Shown: in pieces, positions 16,695 to 18,314 of the stretch | How the letters are laid out: every line of letters begins with the position of its first letter | Numbering within the stretch: position 1 is the stretch's first letter | Assembly: GCA_049598495.1 (NCBI GenBank) | Contig: JBMYNR010000033.1 | Span: 1 to 18,314 of the forward strand | Source: Opitutales bacterium | Lineage (GTDB): Bacteria; Verrucomicrobiota; Verrucomicrobiia; Opitutales; Coraliomargaritaceae | Reading direction: 5' to 3' | DNA length: 18,314 nt | The notes under the pieces: model-generated | Seen by the model: the letters and a program-made list of their open reading frames with translations, nothing else | The model's database searches: none | What the model was told of the DNA's origin: nothing | Translations under genes and position numbers: made by a program

Positions 16695-17731
16695 ATCTGC
16701 GGCCACTCCAGGGCCATCATAATGCTGCTCAATCCACTCCCAATCCCAAGTAGGGCCGCTTTTTGCCCCTCAATGTAAGCACCCTGCTCTATGGCTGTCG
16801 CCAAGGTAATCGGGCAGGACACCGAGCCCACATTGCCGAGCGTCTCGAAGGTCGTAAAATCCTTCTCCAAATCTAAGCCGAGGGCTTTGAAAAGTTCACG
16901 CGAGTGCGCTTTCCCTACTTGGTGGGTGATCACCCGGTCAGGTGTCTCCGGGGTCCAGCCCGTCGCATCCATGAACTGCGCCCAGGCCCTTGTGGCCACC
17001 CCGATCCCCGCAACCAACAGCTCCTCCGAATCCGTCAGCATCTCGAGCGCATCGCCCGCACTGTCCCCCTGACAAAGCTCGTTGTGCGAGGTATCCGTCT
17101 CGACCACGGCTGCAGTCATCAAAGGGCAGGATTCAGACGTCAGGTCTTTCCGGCAAAGCACGGCCGCCACCGCCCCGGCCCCAATCGTTAGATTCGCGAA
17201 GTAGGGCTTAATTGTCTTCCGCGTGAGCTCAGGGTTTTGCAGCTCTGCGATGGTATTCTCGACCAGCGGCCGCCCATCTTCGCCCGAACAGATCAAGGCC
17301 CGTTCGATCTGGCCACTCTCGATCATACTGCCCGCCACAACCATGGCATTGAGAAAACCGAGACAGGCATTGGACACATCGAAGATCTGGGTCTTCCCGG
17401 AGAGCTTGAGCAGGCCGTGGACATACGCAGCCGTGGCAGGCTCAAGCCGGTCGCGGCAGACGGCCGAGTGAATCAGTAAATCGATCGACTCGCGATCGAA
17501 TGAGGACTTCGCAAGCGCAGCTTCACCTGCTTTGGCTGAAGCGACCGAGGCGGGTGTGCCCCGAGGGAAGAAACGGCGTTCACGAATGCCTGTCATTAAT
17601 TCCAAACGCCCCTCGGGGAGACGGAGACGCTCGTAGACAGGCGCCAGTTTCGCCTCCAGATCCGCCGAAGTCCACACCTCCTCCGGAAGCGCGTAGGCGA
17701 TCGATTCAATGGCGACTTGGGTGAATTCCAT
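16691..17731 (-). CDS. oleA: OleA acyl-CoA condensing thiolase (FabH-like)
   Basis: EPATA (OleA catalytic Glu), FDVSNACLGF (Cys), ITHQVG (His), GNVGSVS (Asn) and LLGIGSGL; directly upstream of an OleB-like gene. Confidence 0.88.
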   Translation of the reverse strand: MEFTQVAIESIAYALPEEVWTSADLEAKLAPVYERLRLPEGRLELMTGIRERRFFPRGTPASVASAKAGEAALAKSSFDRESIDLLIHSAVCRDRLEPATAAYVHGLLKLSGKTQIFDVSNACLGFLNAMVVAGSMIESGQIERALICSGEDGRPLVENTIAELQNPELTRKTIKPYFANLTIGAGAVAAVLCRKDLTSESCPLMTAAVVETDTSHNELCQGDSAGDALEMLTDSEELLVAGIGVATRAWAQFMDATGWTPETPDRVITHQVGKAHSRELFKALGLDLEKDFTTFETLGNVGSVSCPITLATAIEQGAYIEGQKAALLGIGSGLSSIMMALEWPQI

Positions 17732-17790
17732 GAGCTAAGCGGAGGATCAAACCCTCCATATCAGGCAAAATCAAGCCACGAACCGCAAAC

Positions 17791-18314
17791 CTACAAATCC
17801 AGCGGACTCATCATCTCCTTCTTCGTTCGGCTCTGCACGGTATGTGTGTAGATCATCGTTGTCTTGATATCCGAGTGCCCGAGTAATTGCTGAATCGTGC
17901 GTAGATCGACATTCGCCGCGAGCAAATGGCTGGCAAACGAATGACGAAAGGTGTGTGCCGTTACACGCTTTGATATCTGGGTGGACTTCACGGCCATTCG
18001 CAACACACGGCTAAAGTGCTGCTGGTAGGCATGATGCCGCCGGAATTCCCCATCATCAGGGACGAGCGTCAAGGTCTTCGCTGGGAAAACCCACTGCCAG
18101 CCGTAGTCTTTCGCCTCCCGACGTGCCCGCTGCCTTCCTAGCGTGTCAGGCATAAAAGCACCACCGAAATCCTCCACCAATAGATCGCGCTCCAACTGCC
18201 CGTGCACCCGGGCTAACTGATCTTTGAGCCGAGACTTCAACGCAGTAGGCATGGGAACGGAACGATCCTTTTTCCCCTTTCCATCGTGAATGATTACCAA
18301 ATTCTCCTCGAAGT
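17791..18314 (-). CDS. intI: Integron integrase (tyrosine recombinase), 3' part; 5' end lies beyond the window
   Basis: DGKGKKDRSV, the IntI-specific insertion WQWVFPA...RRHH, HTFRHSFASHLL, IQQLLGHSDIKTTMIYTH (catalytic Tyr) and terminal SPLD. The frame stays open to the window edge (FEENLVIIH). Confidence 0.92.
   Translation of the reverse strand, partial: FEENLVIIHDGKGKKDRSVPMPTALKSRLKDQLARVHGQLERDLLVEDFGGAFMPDTLGRQRARREAKDYGWQWVFPAKTLTLVPDDGEFRRHHAYQQHFSRVLRMAVKSTQISKRVTAHTFRHSFASHLLAANVDLRTIQQLLGHSDIKTTMIYTHTVQSRTKKEMMSPLDL

Noticed and set aside
12970..17731. NOS + aminotransferase + OleA/OleB as one nitration or beta-lactone biosynthetic cluster
   Set aside because: nos is convergent with the others, there is no TxtE-like P450, NRPS or adenylating enzyme, and the Lrp-aminotransferase pair is a common housekeeping module.
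1..18314. CRISPR array, rRNA or IS transposase
   Set aside because: No regularly spaced direct repeats, rRNA-like sequence or transposase motifs were seen.

Overview
Bacterial chromosomal window. The repeat style and pilin leaders suggest a Gram-negative PVC/Verrucomicrobiota-like host, but that is an inference. Left to right: (1) a cytoplasmic GH13 pullulanase/debranching enzyme (-) divergent from mnmA (+); (2) a structured 576-bp intergenic region holding a 269-bp element with attC-like ends and an AT-rich promoter zone; (3) a tightly packed 8-gene type IV filament (T4P/T2SS-superfamily) operon with a pilin, a PilB/GspE ATPase, a PilC/GspF platform, a paralogous second pilin, a large pilin-like protein and three divergent membrane-anchored PilMN/O/P-like proteins, but no secretin, peptidase or PilT; (4) an N-terminally shortened, oxygenase-only nitric oxide synthase 42 bp downstream on the same strand; (5) convergent on the - strand, a class I/II aminotransferase coupled to an Lrp/AsnC regulator, an oleA-oleB pair without adjacent oleC/oleD, and the 3' part of an integron integrase running off the right edge. 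The most notable item is the NOS gene appended to the type IV filament operon.
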